From: Epithemia pelagica
Lineage: Eukaryota; Protista; Bacillariophyta
Assembly (NCBI GenBank): GCA_946965045.2
Contig: OX337231.1
Span: 1,302,001 to 1,366,000 of the forward strand
DNA length: 64,000 bases
Direction of reading: 5' to 3'
The notes beneath the pieces were generated by a model. That model worked only from the letters and a program-made list of their open reading frames with translations. It ran no database searches and was not told the DNA's origin. Below are positions 11,013-23,358 of this stretch, piece after piece (the stretch's first letter is position 1; each line of letters opens with the position of its first letter). The position numbers were made by a program, and so were the translations under genes.

Positions 11013-13360
11013 ATGTCCAACGGACAGCAAGCACAACAACCACCACCACAACACTCGTTCACCATGACAGCAACGACTACGGGTAGCAACGGCGATGCAC
11101 GGCGACAGGTTCAGATTGTCGGAACGTTCCTACCCAACAGCAATCGCCACAGCAATGGCCGAACGCCTCCTGTGATTCATCGTCAAATCTCCAACATTTC
11201 CATGCCCAATGACAAATCCGGTTTGTTTGGCTCCATTTCGAATATGGTGAATTCCATTGTGGGTGCTGGAATGTACGTCACACTTGTTGAAAGACCAAGT
11301 TGCGCGACGTTCGTGTTGAACGTCTGGTTTCGGTGCAAGGAGAAATGTGCATTACCCTGGCAAACGCCTCTCTCAAACAAGTTCTGTGTTGTGTTGCTGG
11401 TTTCTTTCTTTTGTGTTGTGTTTTCGTGGTGGTGATTCGACAGTATTGGAATCCCGTACGCGATTTCGAATTCGGGGTTTTTGCTGGGTATTTTGTTATT
11501 AGTGTTGGTCTCGTATATGACGGACCGGACCTTGCGCATCATGGTCAACATGGCCACCTATCATCCCAAACTGAGGTATTATGGGGTTCGGACCTATGAG
11601 GATTTGGCGCAGATACCATTTGGACGAACCGGTTGTCTTTTGGTCCTGACTGGAATGCTCGTCATGGCGTACGGCGCCATGTTGGCGTATTTGCTGATTA
11701 TCAAGGATACCATACCTTCCATTTTGGGACTCACGTCGGAAGCCGGAAAAGGGAACTTTCGACAAGCGGAACTTCCCATGCTTTTAACATCTTTAGTGGT
11801 GATTGTTCCCCTCTCCATGATGCGTGACATGGTACGTGTAATTGGGAATTGGATACGTCGCAGAAACTGTGACTGTCGTACCGTCGTGTTTTTTCTCATA
11901 CGTGCTTCTCTTCTGTTCTATTCAAACAGGCCAATCTGGAGAAAACTTCCTTGTTGAGTGTTTTGGCCGATACGACGCTGGTAGGATTTATGGTATTGAA
12001 TGCTCCCATAAAGGAAACTGTTAGTGAATCCGGTGGATTTGGTCAAGTATTGGAAGACAATGCGGTCAACAGCAGAGTCTTTATTGGTTTGGGTGTCTTG
12101 AGTACGGCCATGGCATGTCAGCATTGTGCCTTTATTGTTTCCAATTCACTTCAAGATTTGACACCGGATCGATGGTCCACTGTGACTGGTCGCAGTCTTT
12201 CCATTAGTGCCACGCTGTGCCTGATCTTGGGTGTCTGTGGATACTTGGGATTTTTGGAGGAAACACAGGGCAACATTCTCAACAATTTTGACGCCGATTC
12301 CATCGTGGTCAATGTGGGACGAGGACTCTTGGCCATTACCATGTTTTTCACCTATCCGATGGAGGCCTTTGTGGCTCGGCATGTCTTGGTAGAACTTTGT
12401 TTCAATGGCGATATGGATGGGAAGGATTATAATACGAGCTTTTGGGCAAAGTACTTTGGTCGAAGGCAAAAATTGACCATGGCCATTTACATTGCGACAC
12501 TGATACCAGCTTTGCTGTTGGATGATTTGGGCCCTGTCCTCTCTCTCACGGGTGCTGTGGGTGCAAGCTTTTTATCCTATATTGGAACGGGTGTCATTTA
12601 CTTTGGTGTCAATGGCGATGACTTTTTACAGCTTTGTCTGACCATGCTAACGAAACGACAAGCGGGCCGTGAACAAGTCGCCACGTCGGAGGACACCTCG
12701 GTTGTCTACAATGGACCCGAAGAAGGCCTGACCCATGGGACGACGTCTCATGCATCGGCACATTCGCAAGAGCAACCACAAGGCTGTGGAGAAACTGCGG
12801 ATATCTTGACGCACTGTCAACAAAGGTTGAACGATCATCAACTTCAAGTTGACCAACAACGACAAACCAAGCTTTTGCCATTAGAAGTCGAACTTCCCAA
12901 TGTTCGTCCATCCGCAACCACTGCAAGGTCGTCCTGCTCTACCGTGGATCCATTGGTCACTACCGAAGAAGCCTTGTCGAGAATACGAAAACCTTTCTGG
13001 TGGTACCTGTTCTTGTATCCACTTTGGTGCAAGATTGCATCTATTGGCGCCAAGGGCACACGTGAATTTTTGGGAGAATATACAACAACCACGGCCGAAT
13101 TGGTTTCCGAGACGGGTCCCGGGGAAGCTTCCCGAGTGGAGGCTCCTACTACAACACCCGCCGAAAATGATTCAGCACAAAGTGTTGCTTCCTGGAATGG
13201 TGGCAATGGCGGGTTGGATGAAGAGGAGATTGTGAATGGACCGTCTCTCGATGATTATTACTTTTGCATGTTCTCAATCACGTTTGGGATATTGGCATGT
13301 GTGGTTGGAGTAGCCTCCAACGTGTATGTGGAAGTGGATAAAATGATTACCCAGTCATGA
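11013..13360 (+). CDS. Amino acid transporter (Aa_trans / SLC38-AVT family), copy 2, 3 exons, 692 aa
   Basis: Exons 11013-11272, 11444-11831 and 11930-13360 join in frame (2079 nt). Clear paralogue of 5647-7730, sharing two intron positions (GAGI|, MMRDM|). Confidence 0.92.
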
Positions 13361-13900
13361 TCATCCGTTGGGCAAGGAGAGACAAGGACAGGAAACAATT
13401 AATTATCCACACGAATATTTTTTGGGTGGGTCCTGCAACAGCGACGGCACCCTTTGGCTAGTAGAGAGTTATGCTCTGGTGGTATACCAACGCTGTCTCA
13501 ACAACAAAAACTGTCCCATACTAACTTCTTTTGTAATATAGAAGCAAGTGCAGTCTAGAGCGTCATTCTACGATGGACGGGACAAAAAGGAGTTGAGCCG
13601 AAGTGTAAGTCGGCAAATGCGGGTAATACTGAAAGCTCGTGACAATAAAAAGAGTCCGCTCTGTTAGTCTACTTGCGGGTAATTTTGACGGCTTTCCAGT
13701 CGCGATTCGCAGACCTACATCGCTCGTCCAAGCCAACACGTTTTTCAGTAGTGACAAGGAGTAGTTTTTCCAATGTGTGAAAGTGATTCTGTTTCATGTA
13801 GTCTCAGATACCTTGCGTGATCTTCTCCTTGTACATTGATCGTACCCCACTACAAAAGAGGACAAGAATTTGAAGACAAGGACGACCAGCACCACCCAAA

Positions 13901-15499
13901 ATGAGCAAGTCGAAGGGCGCAGCAACAGACTCGTCCTTGCTGTCCTTTGATCAACTTCGCGATTTACAATCCAGTCTGAGACAACCCTTGACGAATCGAG
14001 AGGCCCTTATTCCATTGGGACCGCAAGCGTTTGTTCCAGGACGATTGACGCCAAAATTACGAAACGATCGTGACCAAACCGAGTCCACCAAGACGGAAGT
14101 GGTTTGGGTGCGCCGAAAGGACAGTCCAATAAAGGCTGCGAATGGCAAAAATGACAAGGATGATTGTTTGGAGGAAATGACGCGCTTGCAAGCCATTGAC
14201 TATTTGCAAGCCGAAATGGATCAATTTCAACCTCCATATCACAAGGAACAATCGCAACTGTCCGCCATATCGACATCATCCTCAGCCGTATCGTCGACAT
14301 CGAGTGGCTCCACAGCCAAGACGGCAACAACAACGACCAAAACAACAACAACCAAAACAGCAACAGGGAGCAGTGTCCTGACAGCCGGGAAAGAACCACC
14401 AAGCAATAGCAACCACGTCAAAACAACAATACAGAGTCCCCACAAGTCTCAAGCCATATTGAACGAAACCAAGGAAGAACCATTCAATGCTTTGCCCTTG
14501 TTTGAAATTCGAGAAGAGTTGAATGACGAGGGACAGGAAGTCCACTCACAAGCCATTAATGTCACACAACAGTTGCAACGATTGGAACAAGAAATCAAGA
14601 AGCAACAACAAAAAGACAAGGATTCAACCCAGCAACCGAAGAATGGATCTTGTCGGAACACGAACAACAACAACAACAATGATCGATCATCCACAGAAGA
14701 TGCTCTTCAGGATGCAACTAAGGATAGTAGTGACGTTGTCCCCAAAGCTGAAAAGGAACAACCCTCCAACAGCCACACAGAACCTACTTTGGTCTCGGAA
14801 ACCACAAACGAGCTTCCAAACAGATCATTGGCAACACCCTGCGTTGTCGACGATGCCAGATACAACTCAATTCAATCACGATTGGAGGAATTGGCTCGAC
14901 TGGAGGAAGAAGCAGAACGACAAGCCACGGTGGAAGCTTCAACCAAAAGCAAAGTGCGCAGCACAGCCTCTCAAACCTCGAAAAAGACAAAAAGCTCGGG
15001 TTGGAAAAAGGGATTCCTCAACAACAACAAAGTTCCCAAAACATTGGCGCAATCGAGGCCCAGCGTACACTTGTCCCAAGCAGCAACAACAACAACACCA
15101 TCACCTTCGTCTCGTTTGCCATCCAACTCTGCATCCTCTACCACAACCACTGCAGAGTCAGCAACGGCCACTAGATCATCTTCAGCAGCAAGAGAGGAGG
15201 AGGTTCGCAAAAAAGTGGAATTTTCGACACAAGGACCACAAGTGAAGGAAATTCCTCGTGTCGGACAACGGTCGGTCCGAGAAATTGCCAAACCTGGCAC
15301 CAAGGTCACAGCAACGCAGCCACGGAGTGAAACCAGTGCATTTTCCTCGGCAGTTGTCCAAGAGCGACGACGATCACGACAACGACGTGGCCAACAACAA
15401 CAACGACAACAGGGAGGATCCGCAACCACAGACGCAACCACGGACCAACCACCCCTGTCCAAGTTTGCCATGGAACGACGGCAGCAACAACAGCAGTAA
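13901..15499 (+). CDS. URI1: URI1/Bud27-like unconventional prefoldin (532 aa)
   Basis: N-terminal alpha-prefoldin-like IPLGPQAFVPGRL, then FEIREELNDEG, RLEELARLEEE, KKGFL and terminal LSKFAMER, all matching URI/Bud27 family motifs. Confidence 0.68.
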   Translation: MSKSKGAATDSSLLSFDQLRDLQSSLRQPLTNREALIPLGPQAFVPGRLTPKLRNDRDQTESTKTEVVWVRRKDSPIKAANGKNDKDDCLEEMTRLQAIDYLQAEMDQFQPPYHKEQSQLSAISTSSSAVSSTSSGSTAKTATTTTKTTTTKTATGSSVLTAGKEPPSNSNHVKTTIQSPHKSQAILNETKEEPFNALPLFEIREELNDEGQEVHSQAINVTQQLQRLEQEIKKQQQKDKDSTQQPKNGSCRNTNNNNNNDRSSTEDALQDATKDSSDVVPKAEKEQPSNSHTEPTLVSETTNELPNRSLATPCVVDDARYNSIQSRLEELARLEEEAERQATVEASTKSKVRSTASQTSKKTKSSGWKKGFLNNNKVPKTLAQSRPSVHLSQAATTTTPSPSSRLPSNSASSTTTTAESATATRSSSAAREEEVRKKVEFSTQGPQVKEIPRVGQRSVREIAKPGTKVTATQPRSETSAFSSAVVQERRRSRQRRGQQQQRQQGGSATTDATTDQPPLSKFAMERRQQQQQ

Positions 15500-15932
15500 G
15501 AATGATGAGACAACGGATGCAAAACAACTTCAAAAATTATGCATGGTCCACAGTTTACTCTTTCAACCCACATGCTGCTGCACGAGGGCACGGAATTGGC
15601 ATTGTGAGCAGTCAGCTTTTGGAATTAATCTGATCCAGTCTTCTCAGTTTTTCAAAAAAAACACAAGTCTTCATTAAATGTCGTCGCTGGGTTCGCTGAC
15701 GCCTAAAACAGCTCGTTGAAACAAAGATACAGTTGTGGTTTCTAACATTTTTGAATAAAGTCGATTCATAACCCCGTCTCTATATTCATCTCTATCATTG
15801 TTAATGGATGGCGGGTCCCTTAATCGTGACAACATACAAAAAATGGGAGTGTGCTGAGGGTTCTCCCAGGCATCAATAAATTACAGTTTCCCCCCATAAA
15901 GAAAAAACAGTGACATCAGAAAATATCGGAAA

Positions 15933-18900
15933 TCATGTTTCTTTGGCAACGGTTCGAGTTTTCGAACGAAGGTAGGATGGACTGTGATGGTGTAGGTGAT
16001 TTTTTCGATAACGGTTGTACTTCTCCATGAAATCGTTGGATTTGTCAATCGATGGATAATTTGCCTTGGCCGCTACTGCTGCTGCAGAGGGACTGGCCCG
16101 ACTTTCCAACACATGACTATCAGAAGAGGGACCGGACTGCAAACTTTCACATGTATCCACCATTTCGGGCACCGACGAATATGGGTCCTCTCCTGCGTCC
16201 CCATTATTATTATTATTTGGTTTGGACGGAATGGGACTTGTTTCCAAGTCAAGCATTATAGCGTCCAAAGCGTCTCTTGCAACCTCCAAATCATCTCTTG
16301 CAACTTCCAAATCATCTCTTGCATCATCATTCTTGCCAGTGGACTCATCCGGCTTTATTAGTGCGCGATTGTCCTTTGCCAAAGGTTCAATAGCTTTTGT
16401 TGCTGGAGCAATGGCGTTGGTGTTCGGTGCCTCGGACGATTTTCTATCGCCATTGAGCGATGAGGCAGTTGTTTCCGCAGATTGTAATTCTTTAGAGCCT
16501 TTCTCTTGCGGCTCAACGCTCTCGGTGTGATCCTTGGCGTTGGTCGAGTTTTGCTTGATTGTAGTCGGGGGTGTTCCAATAACATCGGGCAAGACCTTGT
16601 CTCCACTGATTGTTTCTCGGTGGTCAGAGCTTCCCACGGATGCAGTCACGAAACTAAACTTGCTGTGATCCCTTGAAATGCCACCCTCAACCATAGAGTC
16701 ACCATCTTGCTGGGTAGCAGTTGTAAAGGTAGCCTTGGTACTCGTGTCATTCCCCATCGTGGCGGAGTCGCACCATGTCACCGAGTCGGAGGCACGGGCG
16801 GTGGTCGTGACTTGAGTTATCGCATTGTGAGGGCTTGTCATGGCGCTTGCAGCTGGAGTGTTCGAGTGTGTTGTCGACACTCTGCTTGTAGATTTGGGAG
16901 TTCCTCGATTTTCGTGGTTCCTTCGACCATCAGATCCCGAAATAAGTGTTTCTTCGTCGTCTTCCTGTGAAATTTCCCTCTTAACATGACCATGATTCTG
17001 GTCGCGGTTTGCCATTGAAGATGGCGTCGTTACAGTCCCATGATTCTTTGCTGAACGAGCAACTGGATCAGTATTCTTCGATTTTGGAGTGGTCGAAGTA
17101 CCCCAAGAAGCAGTCATATAAGTTGAGTCGGCAACAGCGGTAATATGGTCTGAATCGTAGCCATCAGTCAGTGAACCAGAAGTGCTGTTGGATCGACTTC
17201 GTCTGGCCGTCTCAAACGTAGCCCTAGAACTGTCTTCACCCACAGAGACATGCAAAGTTGATATTGTTCTTTCCTCGTCGTTTGAACGATTCTGCGGAAT
17301 CATTAAATGTCCAAGTTCTGGGACAATAGAGAAGTAAGGATCGTAATTCTCTCGCTTCAGGGCATCAAAAGGTCTGTTGGAATGATGCGGAGTGGCAACT
17401 GCTAAGTCTTGAAGATTCATCTCATTGCTAAGGTCCAGTCGTTCGGAGGCGTACAAGTATGCTAGGAGTGGATTTCTCAGACTTTCCTCACCAAACCCAT
17501 TGCTGAAGCATTCTCTGACCAGATTGTCTGTTAGCGAGTTGGGCTTCGAAGACATGGACGCCGCCCGTCTTCGAACAGCTTCAATAAATTTCTGTCGAGC
17601 GCTGGGCAGGAGAATGCCTGCAATCTCTTCAGTATCTTCCTCCTTCGAAAAGTATCGCGTTTGATCCTTCATGAACTGTAGCTGAGAAATAAGTTTGAAT
17701 GCGACTACACCAAAGGCTTCGTCATTCAATGCATAATCCGGGTCGTCTTCCTTCGAAGGCATACAATTATGGACGGGAACATTCCGTATTTCCTTCTTAC
17801 GTTCATTGGTGACCTCTTCTTTTCCATTGACGTACGAAATATCTTCAAAAATGCTATCGTTTTCAGTGAGACTTGATGGCATTGTTTTTGAGTCCCCCTT
17901 TGAGGATTGGACAATGCTGTCGAGTTCTTCGAGTTTCATTGCTGTTGACCTATCGATGGACATACTGTTCTCACTGGGATTCCCTGTTGAGACTGACAGT
18001 GTTTCTTGTTGTTTTAGTCGAGCGATGTAGCTTGAATTCTTTCGCGGACTGGAGTACTGTGCCTGAACGTTTCGATTCAGTTTTCGCCTTGTTTCGCTTG
18101 TATCAGAAACGGTAAGAATTTCCTGTGTCGTAGACGTAGGTGATGACAGTGATTGTTTGATTGAGATTTCACGCGTGCAAAGCGATTCATCATTGTTGAC
18201 GCTTCGACTATCCACAGATGAAAAACACGACGATGACATTGACGATGACGATGAGCCAATTTCTGTATACTTTGAATCGTTGCTTGCAGCTGAACTGGAC
18301 CCAGAGGTAGAGACACTGCCTTCGTCGGATCCGTCAGTGTACGTCGCTGAGTCTGAGTCTGATTCTAAGTCCGAATCATCTGCGTCGCTGGAATTTCCTA
18401 TTGATTCTGCAAGGAAATGGTCATCATCGGCTTCATGAATTTTGTTTTTGTCATCGGCTCTCTTCTGTTCGGTTGTGACAACGGCAGTCTTTGCACTTGT
18501 TGTGTTCGTGATACGAGGAGTATTGGTCATGTCAATGACAGTTTTCGGTACGCGGTGAACAGAAATGATACCGAGGGACGTGACAGTTTTCGAAACACCA
18601 TCAAGTGAAGTGACAGTTTTCGAAACGCCCTCAACACGCCCAGTCACGACATTTTGTGGACGCCGAAAAGGAATCAATTGTTGCTCTTCAGCCTTCTTGT
18701 TGCAAACCGGAGGATCGAGTTTCTTGGTAGACTTCGGCGTTCCTGTTTCCTCGCCCATTACTGACCTCGATTCATTTTTGCTCGGCTCTGAAGGGTCATC
18801 ATTTCTTTTGCCCTCACTGCTACTAGCCTTCGGCTCAACATTGCGAGAATTATCAGCAGTTTCTTTTTCTTGTTTTCGGGGATGCTTGTTCTCAGTGTTT

Positions 18901-21900
18901 GTATGGGTGGGCTCAACTGAGTTCTCAATTCGCCGTTCGACTGGAACAATGGCAGTTTCGTAGCGGCCTGAAATTTCTTTTTTCGGACCATTCAGCGTGC
19001 TCTTTCGAACAGCTTGTGACGTCACATCTGGCTTTTGTTTTCCCACAGACCCAACAGAACCTTTTTCTCGGCGATGGGAAGCTGGAGGTGGCCGTGGAAC
19101 TGACTTTGATTGAGACTTGCTCTTGCGTCGAACCTCAGTTTCTTTTTTCCCATCTAGCGATACTTCAACGCCTCGAGAGCAAGTCAAAACCGATTCAATA
19201 CCAAGTTTCGAAGTCTTCTGGGAAGTTCTGCTAGGCTGCGAAGTTTCGCCATCGACTCCTTCATCATCATCATCATCGTCACCAGCATTTCTGAAAAAAC
19301 TTTCCATGGGATCACAGCCTGTGCTTTGAGCTGCAAGATAGAAAGCTTCTTGGATTGCCTCATGACAAAAATAGTTGTCGTTCGATGCCTTCTTATTGTT
19401 TCCACCCCTTGACTTTCCAGGTCTTGTTTGTTCGACAAGATGTCCATAAATGGCTTGTCCTTCCCTCCATTTGGAGCGCAGGATATCGGACGTATCCTTC
19501 GGTTGTGTACCTGAACTGTTCCCGGATTGTCCCGTTTGGGTCGCACAGAATTCGTACGCGCTTTTGGCAATGGTGCTCGCTGTGACTCGGAGTGTATCAA
19601 AGGTTGTGGGGAAATGTGAGGTGGCATGAGCAAGCGCCCATTCCGCCGTTGGTTTCAGCGTAGCAGGGTTGCTGAATGTGTTGGAGCGCTTTGATACATG
19701 GGTTCCACAATCGGAATCCTCTGACATGGCACAAAACGTTTGTCGGTCATCACACTCATCATTTTCACAGTCGTCTTGACGATCCTGACGAGCGTTGTCA
19801 TTCTTTGGAGGAGGTGGGGGTGGTGGGCGTACACTTCGAACCTCTGGTGGATCTTGGCCTTTTCCTTCTCGTGTGGTAGACTCTTCCGAGTTGTGATGTT
19901 TCTCGTCCATGCTCGGTCCAGAAGAAATGACCTTGGCCAAGGCTTGGATATCTTTTTCCGCATCCAGTTTCTCACGGTTGGACACAGCCTTGGATTGTTG
20001 TTGTTGTTGCTTTCTCCGTATATTGGATGTTGCGACATTTTGAATCTCCTTGAAAAGATCATTCGAATCCATGTCTGTCCCACTATCGTCGTGTTGGTGG
20101 TCGTCCAGTCTCAAATCAGGACTGGTTTCTTGTGAAGTAGTAGTAGGAGAACGTGGAGGCGGTGGGGGAGGGGGCATGGACGTTTGACTTGGGGCACTGA
20201 CCTTGGAGCTATTGCTCGCAAACAGCTGGTTCTTATTGTTGCTGTTGTTCATGCTTTTACCAAAGGGCCGGTTCTTGGCGCCTCCGGCGAACAGTATGGG
20301 TGCCAAAAAGGATCCCGGACCTAGAGGAGGCGGTTGGTCCACCGGTGGCGCAACGTTTCGCGCAGTAGTCTGTGCATTGGTTGTGGATAATAATGGCGGC
20401 GGCGGCTGGGTGGAGGAGGATGGTGCTTCTTGATCCTGGTGGTGTTTGTGGTTGGACGGCCAAATGATTTCCGCGTTTACTCCGGCACCACCTCGAATGG
20501 ACGATACCGAAGTAATGGAACTAAAGCTGTACGAAATGCCGTCTTCAAACGGAGCTATGATTCGTCGAGGAGGTTTTGGTGCACCACCCGCTTGGACAAG
20601 AGGATGGAGATCTCCGACGGTCAACTGAGGTTGATTGAGTCGTCGAGGCGTCCTCATTATGACTGGTTGCTGTTGTTTTTCCATCCATCGACGTTGTGGA
20701 GCGTAGGCAGATGCTTCCAGTAAACTGGTTGGAGCATGGGGAGATGCTTCCAGTAAACTGGTTGGAGCATGCTGGTGCTGCTGCTGCTGAGAGGGCCATA
20801 CAATGATTTGACTTTGTTTGTTGGCCACAGATTCGAGCGATTGAGTTGTGGTAATCGACCCAAAACTAGAAGTGACCGACAAGTCGACTCCTCCTCCCCC
20901 CGTGTCCTTTTTGCGAAAGTACCGTTTGGCCGGTTGAAAGGTGAATTTCGTCTCGGCCGCCGCGGTTGGTTGTTTCTTGTTCTGCTTTTTTTGCAGGGAC
21001 AGTTTCTTTCGAGCCAACTCTCGACTGGAACAGGGTGAGGATGGAGGACTTGTGGTTGTTGTTGCTGCCCGTGATTGCATCAGGGACAGTGGTTGTTCCA
21101 TACCGGCCAGGAGGGCGTCGAACGATACCGATTCATCATCGGTGAAATCCTGGTTCATGTTGTCGAGAATTCCTGGAAATTGCTTCTTGTTCTTCCGTGA
21201 CTCTTGTTGTTTTGGTTGTGGTTGGTGTTGTTCCTTGTCTGGTACTTGTGGTGGTGGCTGAGACGGGTCTTGCTGTGGTTGCTGTGCAGTCGTCTCGTCT
21301 TCTTGGGTGGGACTAAAGGAATAGGCAATGGGAGGAGGCAGTTCGACCACTGGTTGGTGAATTTCTTGAATTTGAGGTTTCACATCGTCGACTCCCAACT
21401 GTCCCCCTTTGCGAAAGAATGGATTGGTTTTGAAAAAGTCATTGGACTCGAACGTATTGTCATCATCATTATCATGGTCAAACGGTGTGATGACTTGTGA
21501 TGAGGAATCCTTGGTCTTGGTGTCATTGTCATCACTCACCACCACTAACGTGGGCTCTCGGTTCTTCTTTTGGTCTTTCGCAGCGTTGGTAGGAGTAGGA
21601 GTTTTCTTGTTCTTTTTCTTGTGTTTGGATCGAAGATTTCGAACTTGCATCTTGATGGAGGGAAGTCTGCCAGTAGTGCCGGTAGTATGCTGGGACGTGG
21701 ATCGCCGCATCATGGAGGTACTGCTTTCACTCATGGTATTGTCAGCCGTCGTCGTAGAAGCCACCATGGACAAAACATCCACGCTGCTACTACTACTACT
21801 ACTGTGAATCTTGTGGTCGTTGTTGTGGTCCACCGTTTGATAGTCACCCTTTCCTGTGCGCTTGTGGCGTCGTTCCGAGGAACGAGACGATGACTTTTGT

Positions 21901-22121
21901 TGTTGTTGATGATGCTTTTGCTGCTTTTGTTGTTGATGCTTGCGAGCCGCTTGTCGTGATTTCTGTTGTTGTTGGTGGTGTGGTGGTTGTGCATGTCGTC
22001 GTCCCAATCGCATGGACGAAAACTTGGTGGGATTTTGAAACATGCGATGAATGGAGGAGGATGATTCCGATGCAGCATCCTGAGGATGATGCTTTCGAGG
22101 AGAAGTCCGAGGTGTCGTCAT
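15933..22121 (-). CDS. Large intrinsically disordered protein of unknown function (2062 aa)
   Basis: Uninterrupted 6.2-kb ORF; S/T/Q/P/D-rich low-complexity sequence; no recognisable domain. Confidence 0.8.
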   Translation of the reverse strand: MTTPRTSPRKHHPQDAASESSSSIHRMFQNPTKFSSMRLGRRHAQPPHHQQQQKSRQAARKHQQQKQQKHHQQQQKSSSRSSERRHKRTGKGDYQTVDHNNDHKIHSSSSSSSVDVLSMVASTTTADNTMSESSTSMMRRSTSQHTTGTTGRLPSIKMQVRNLRSKHKKKNKKTPTPTNAAKDQKKNREPTLVVVSDDNDTKTKDSSSQVITPFDHDNDDDNTFESNDFFKTNPFFRKGGQLGVDDVKPQIQEIHQPVVELPPPIAYSFSPTQEDETTAQQPQQDPSQPPPQVPDKEQHQPQPKQQESRKNKKQFPGILDNMNQDFTDDESVSFDALLAGMEQPLSLMQSRAATTTTSPPSSPCSSRELARKKLSLQKKQNKKQPTAAAETKFTFQPAKRYFRKKDTGGGGVDLSVTSSFGSITTTQSLESVANKQSQIIVWPSQQQQHQHAPTSLLEASPHAPTSLLEASAYAPQRRWMEKQQQPVIMRTPRRLNQPQLTVGDLHPLVQAGGAPKPPRRIIAPFEDGISYSFSSITSVSSIRGGAGVNAEIIWPSNHKHHQDQEAPSSSTQPPPPLLSTTNAQTTARNVAPPVDQPPPLGPGSFLAPILFAGGAKNRPFGKSMNNSNNKNQLFASNSSKVSAPSQTSMPPPPPPPRSPTTTSQETSPDLRLDDHQHDDSGTDMDSNDLFKEIQNVATSNIRRKQQQQQSKAVSNREKLDAEKDIQALAKVISSGPSMDEKHHNSEESTTREGKGQDPPEVRSVRPPPPPPPKNDNARQDRQDDCENDECDDRQTFCAMSEDSDCGTHVSKRSNTFSNPATLKPTAEWALAHATSHFPTTFDTLRVTASTIAKSAYEFCATQTGQSGNSSGTQPKDTSDILRSKWREGQAIYGHLVEQTRPGKSRGGNNKKASNDNYFCHEAIQEAFYLAAQSTGCDPMESFFRNAGDDDDDDEGVDGETSQPSRTSQKTSKLGIESVLTCSRGVEVSLDGKKETEVRRKSKSQSKSVPRPPPASHRREKGSVGSVGKQKPDVTSQAVRKSTLNGPKKEISGRYETAIVPVERRIENSVEPTHTNTENKHPRKQEKETADNSRNVEPKASSSEGKRNDDPSEPSKNESRSVMGEETGTPKSTKKLDPPVCNKKAEEQQLIPFRRPQNVVTGRVEGVSKTVTSLDGVSKTVTSLGIISVHRVPKTVIDMTNTPRITNTTSAKTAVVTTEQKRADDKNKIHEADDDHFLAESIGNSSDADDSDLESDSDSATYTDGSDEGSVSTSGSSSAASNDSKYTEIGSSSSSMSSSCFSSVDSRSVNNDESLCTREISIKQSLSSPTSTTQEILTVSDTSETRRKLNRNVQAQYSSPRKNSSYIARLKQQETLSVSTGNPSENSMSIDRSTAMKLEELDSIVQSSKGDSKTMPSSLTENDSIFEDISYVNGKEEVTNERKKEIRNVPVHNCMPSKEDDPDYALNDEAFGVVAFKLISQLQFMKDQTRYFSKEEDTEEIAGILLPSARQKFIEAVRRRAASMSSKPNSLTDNLVRECFSNGFGEESLRNPLLAYLYASERLDLSNEMNLQDLAVATPHHSNRPFDALKRENYDPYFSIVPELGHLMIPQNRSNDEERTISTLHVSVGEDSSRATFETARRSRSNSTSGSLTDGYDSDHITAVADSTYMTASWGTSTTPKSKNTDPVARSAKNHGTVTTPSSMANRDQNHGHVKREISQEDDEETLISGSDGRRNHENRGTPKSTSRVSTTHSNTPAASAMTSPHNAITQVTTTARASDSVTWCDSATMGNDTSTKATFTTATQQDGDSMVEGGISRDHSKFSFVTASVGSSDHRETISGDKVLPDVIGTPPTTIKQNSTNAKDHTESVEPQEKGSKELQSAETTASSLNGDRKSSEAPNTNAIAPATKAIEPLAKDNRALIKPDESTGKNDDARDDLEVARDDLEVARDALDAIMLDLETSPIPSKPNNNNNGDAGEDPYSSVPEMVDTCESLQSGPSSDSHVLESRASPSAAAVAAKANYPSIDKSNDFMEKYNRYRKNHLHHHSPSYLRSKTRTVAKET

Positions 22122-22810
22122 GGTGGTGACTGGTTGGTTGGTTGGTTTGGAGACGGGACGAATGAAGCAAGAGACGATGAATGGATGACCCCTCGACCAA
22201 AGTAATGTCGCTCACGCCAAAAAATGAATCGCCGACGGGTTGCCCCAGATCTGTATCTTGTCGTCGTTGCCGTCTGACAATGACTGAATGGTACGACGAT
22301 TTTGATTGCAATGGGACGGTCGGTCTTTTGGTTCCCGATGATTTGTGGCGATGCCCCATCGTCGCATCTGGCGAACAGTATTTTGTGAGGAGTCGAGGGG
22401 GGCAATAATAAGTTATAAAGGGGCAATTACATCGAGTACCGGATTCCTGGATGGGTGTACCGGATTTATTTGTACTAGTGTACCTATTTCTGTAGAAACT
22501 CACGCTCGTTCTATTGCAGAGCGACGGACGAGAAATCGCCGAATACCGAATATTCATCGCCTCACAATTTTATGCGATGCTCGGTAAAAACTGCCATCGC
22601 TCCATGATGACGGCCGTGACCCATCTGCTATTTTGATTGTGGAGTTGGTCACGTATCATCATCAATCTTGCACAACATCGTCTCTCAAGACTGGTAGATA
22701 ATAATGTGAGGACTGTTCTGGCTGACTGTCATTTTGTTCTCGTCCTGCCACACACTCTACAATAGATAGACCTTTTTCCTTCCATCCGTCTCCCTTTTGG
22801 TCCAATAATA

Positions 22811-23279
22811 ATGCCCTCCGACGACGCCGAATGGCTCCTCCAAGCCTTGGAACGGACCGTGGCGGAAACACAAGTGCTGCAAGCCATTTACGGAGACCAT
22901 GTCGTCGTGTTCCAGGACGCGGATTCGATGCGCCGTGCCCAACGGGCCGTGCAAGACCAAGTGGTACCCACCACTGGCATTCCGACGTTGCAAGCCACCG
23001 TCACGTTGGAACACGAAAAAGAAGATGGCAGCGACGACCATACGAGCAGTTTGCCCTTGACATTGACCTTTCCACCGGGATATCCCGAACACGCAACACT
23101 CAGCGTCGCGGTCGCCGACCCGCACTGGACGACCCGGTTGCAAGAGCGAGCCGAGGCCTTGGTCGGACAAGAAGCGGCACTCGAAATTGTCCAAGTGTAT
23201 CAAGAGTTGCAACGGCAAGCGCAAGAAGAAAAAGAAGAGGAACGACAAAAACAACAACAACAGCAGCAACAACAGCAGC

Positions 23280-23358
<79 letters not shown>

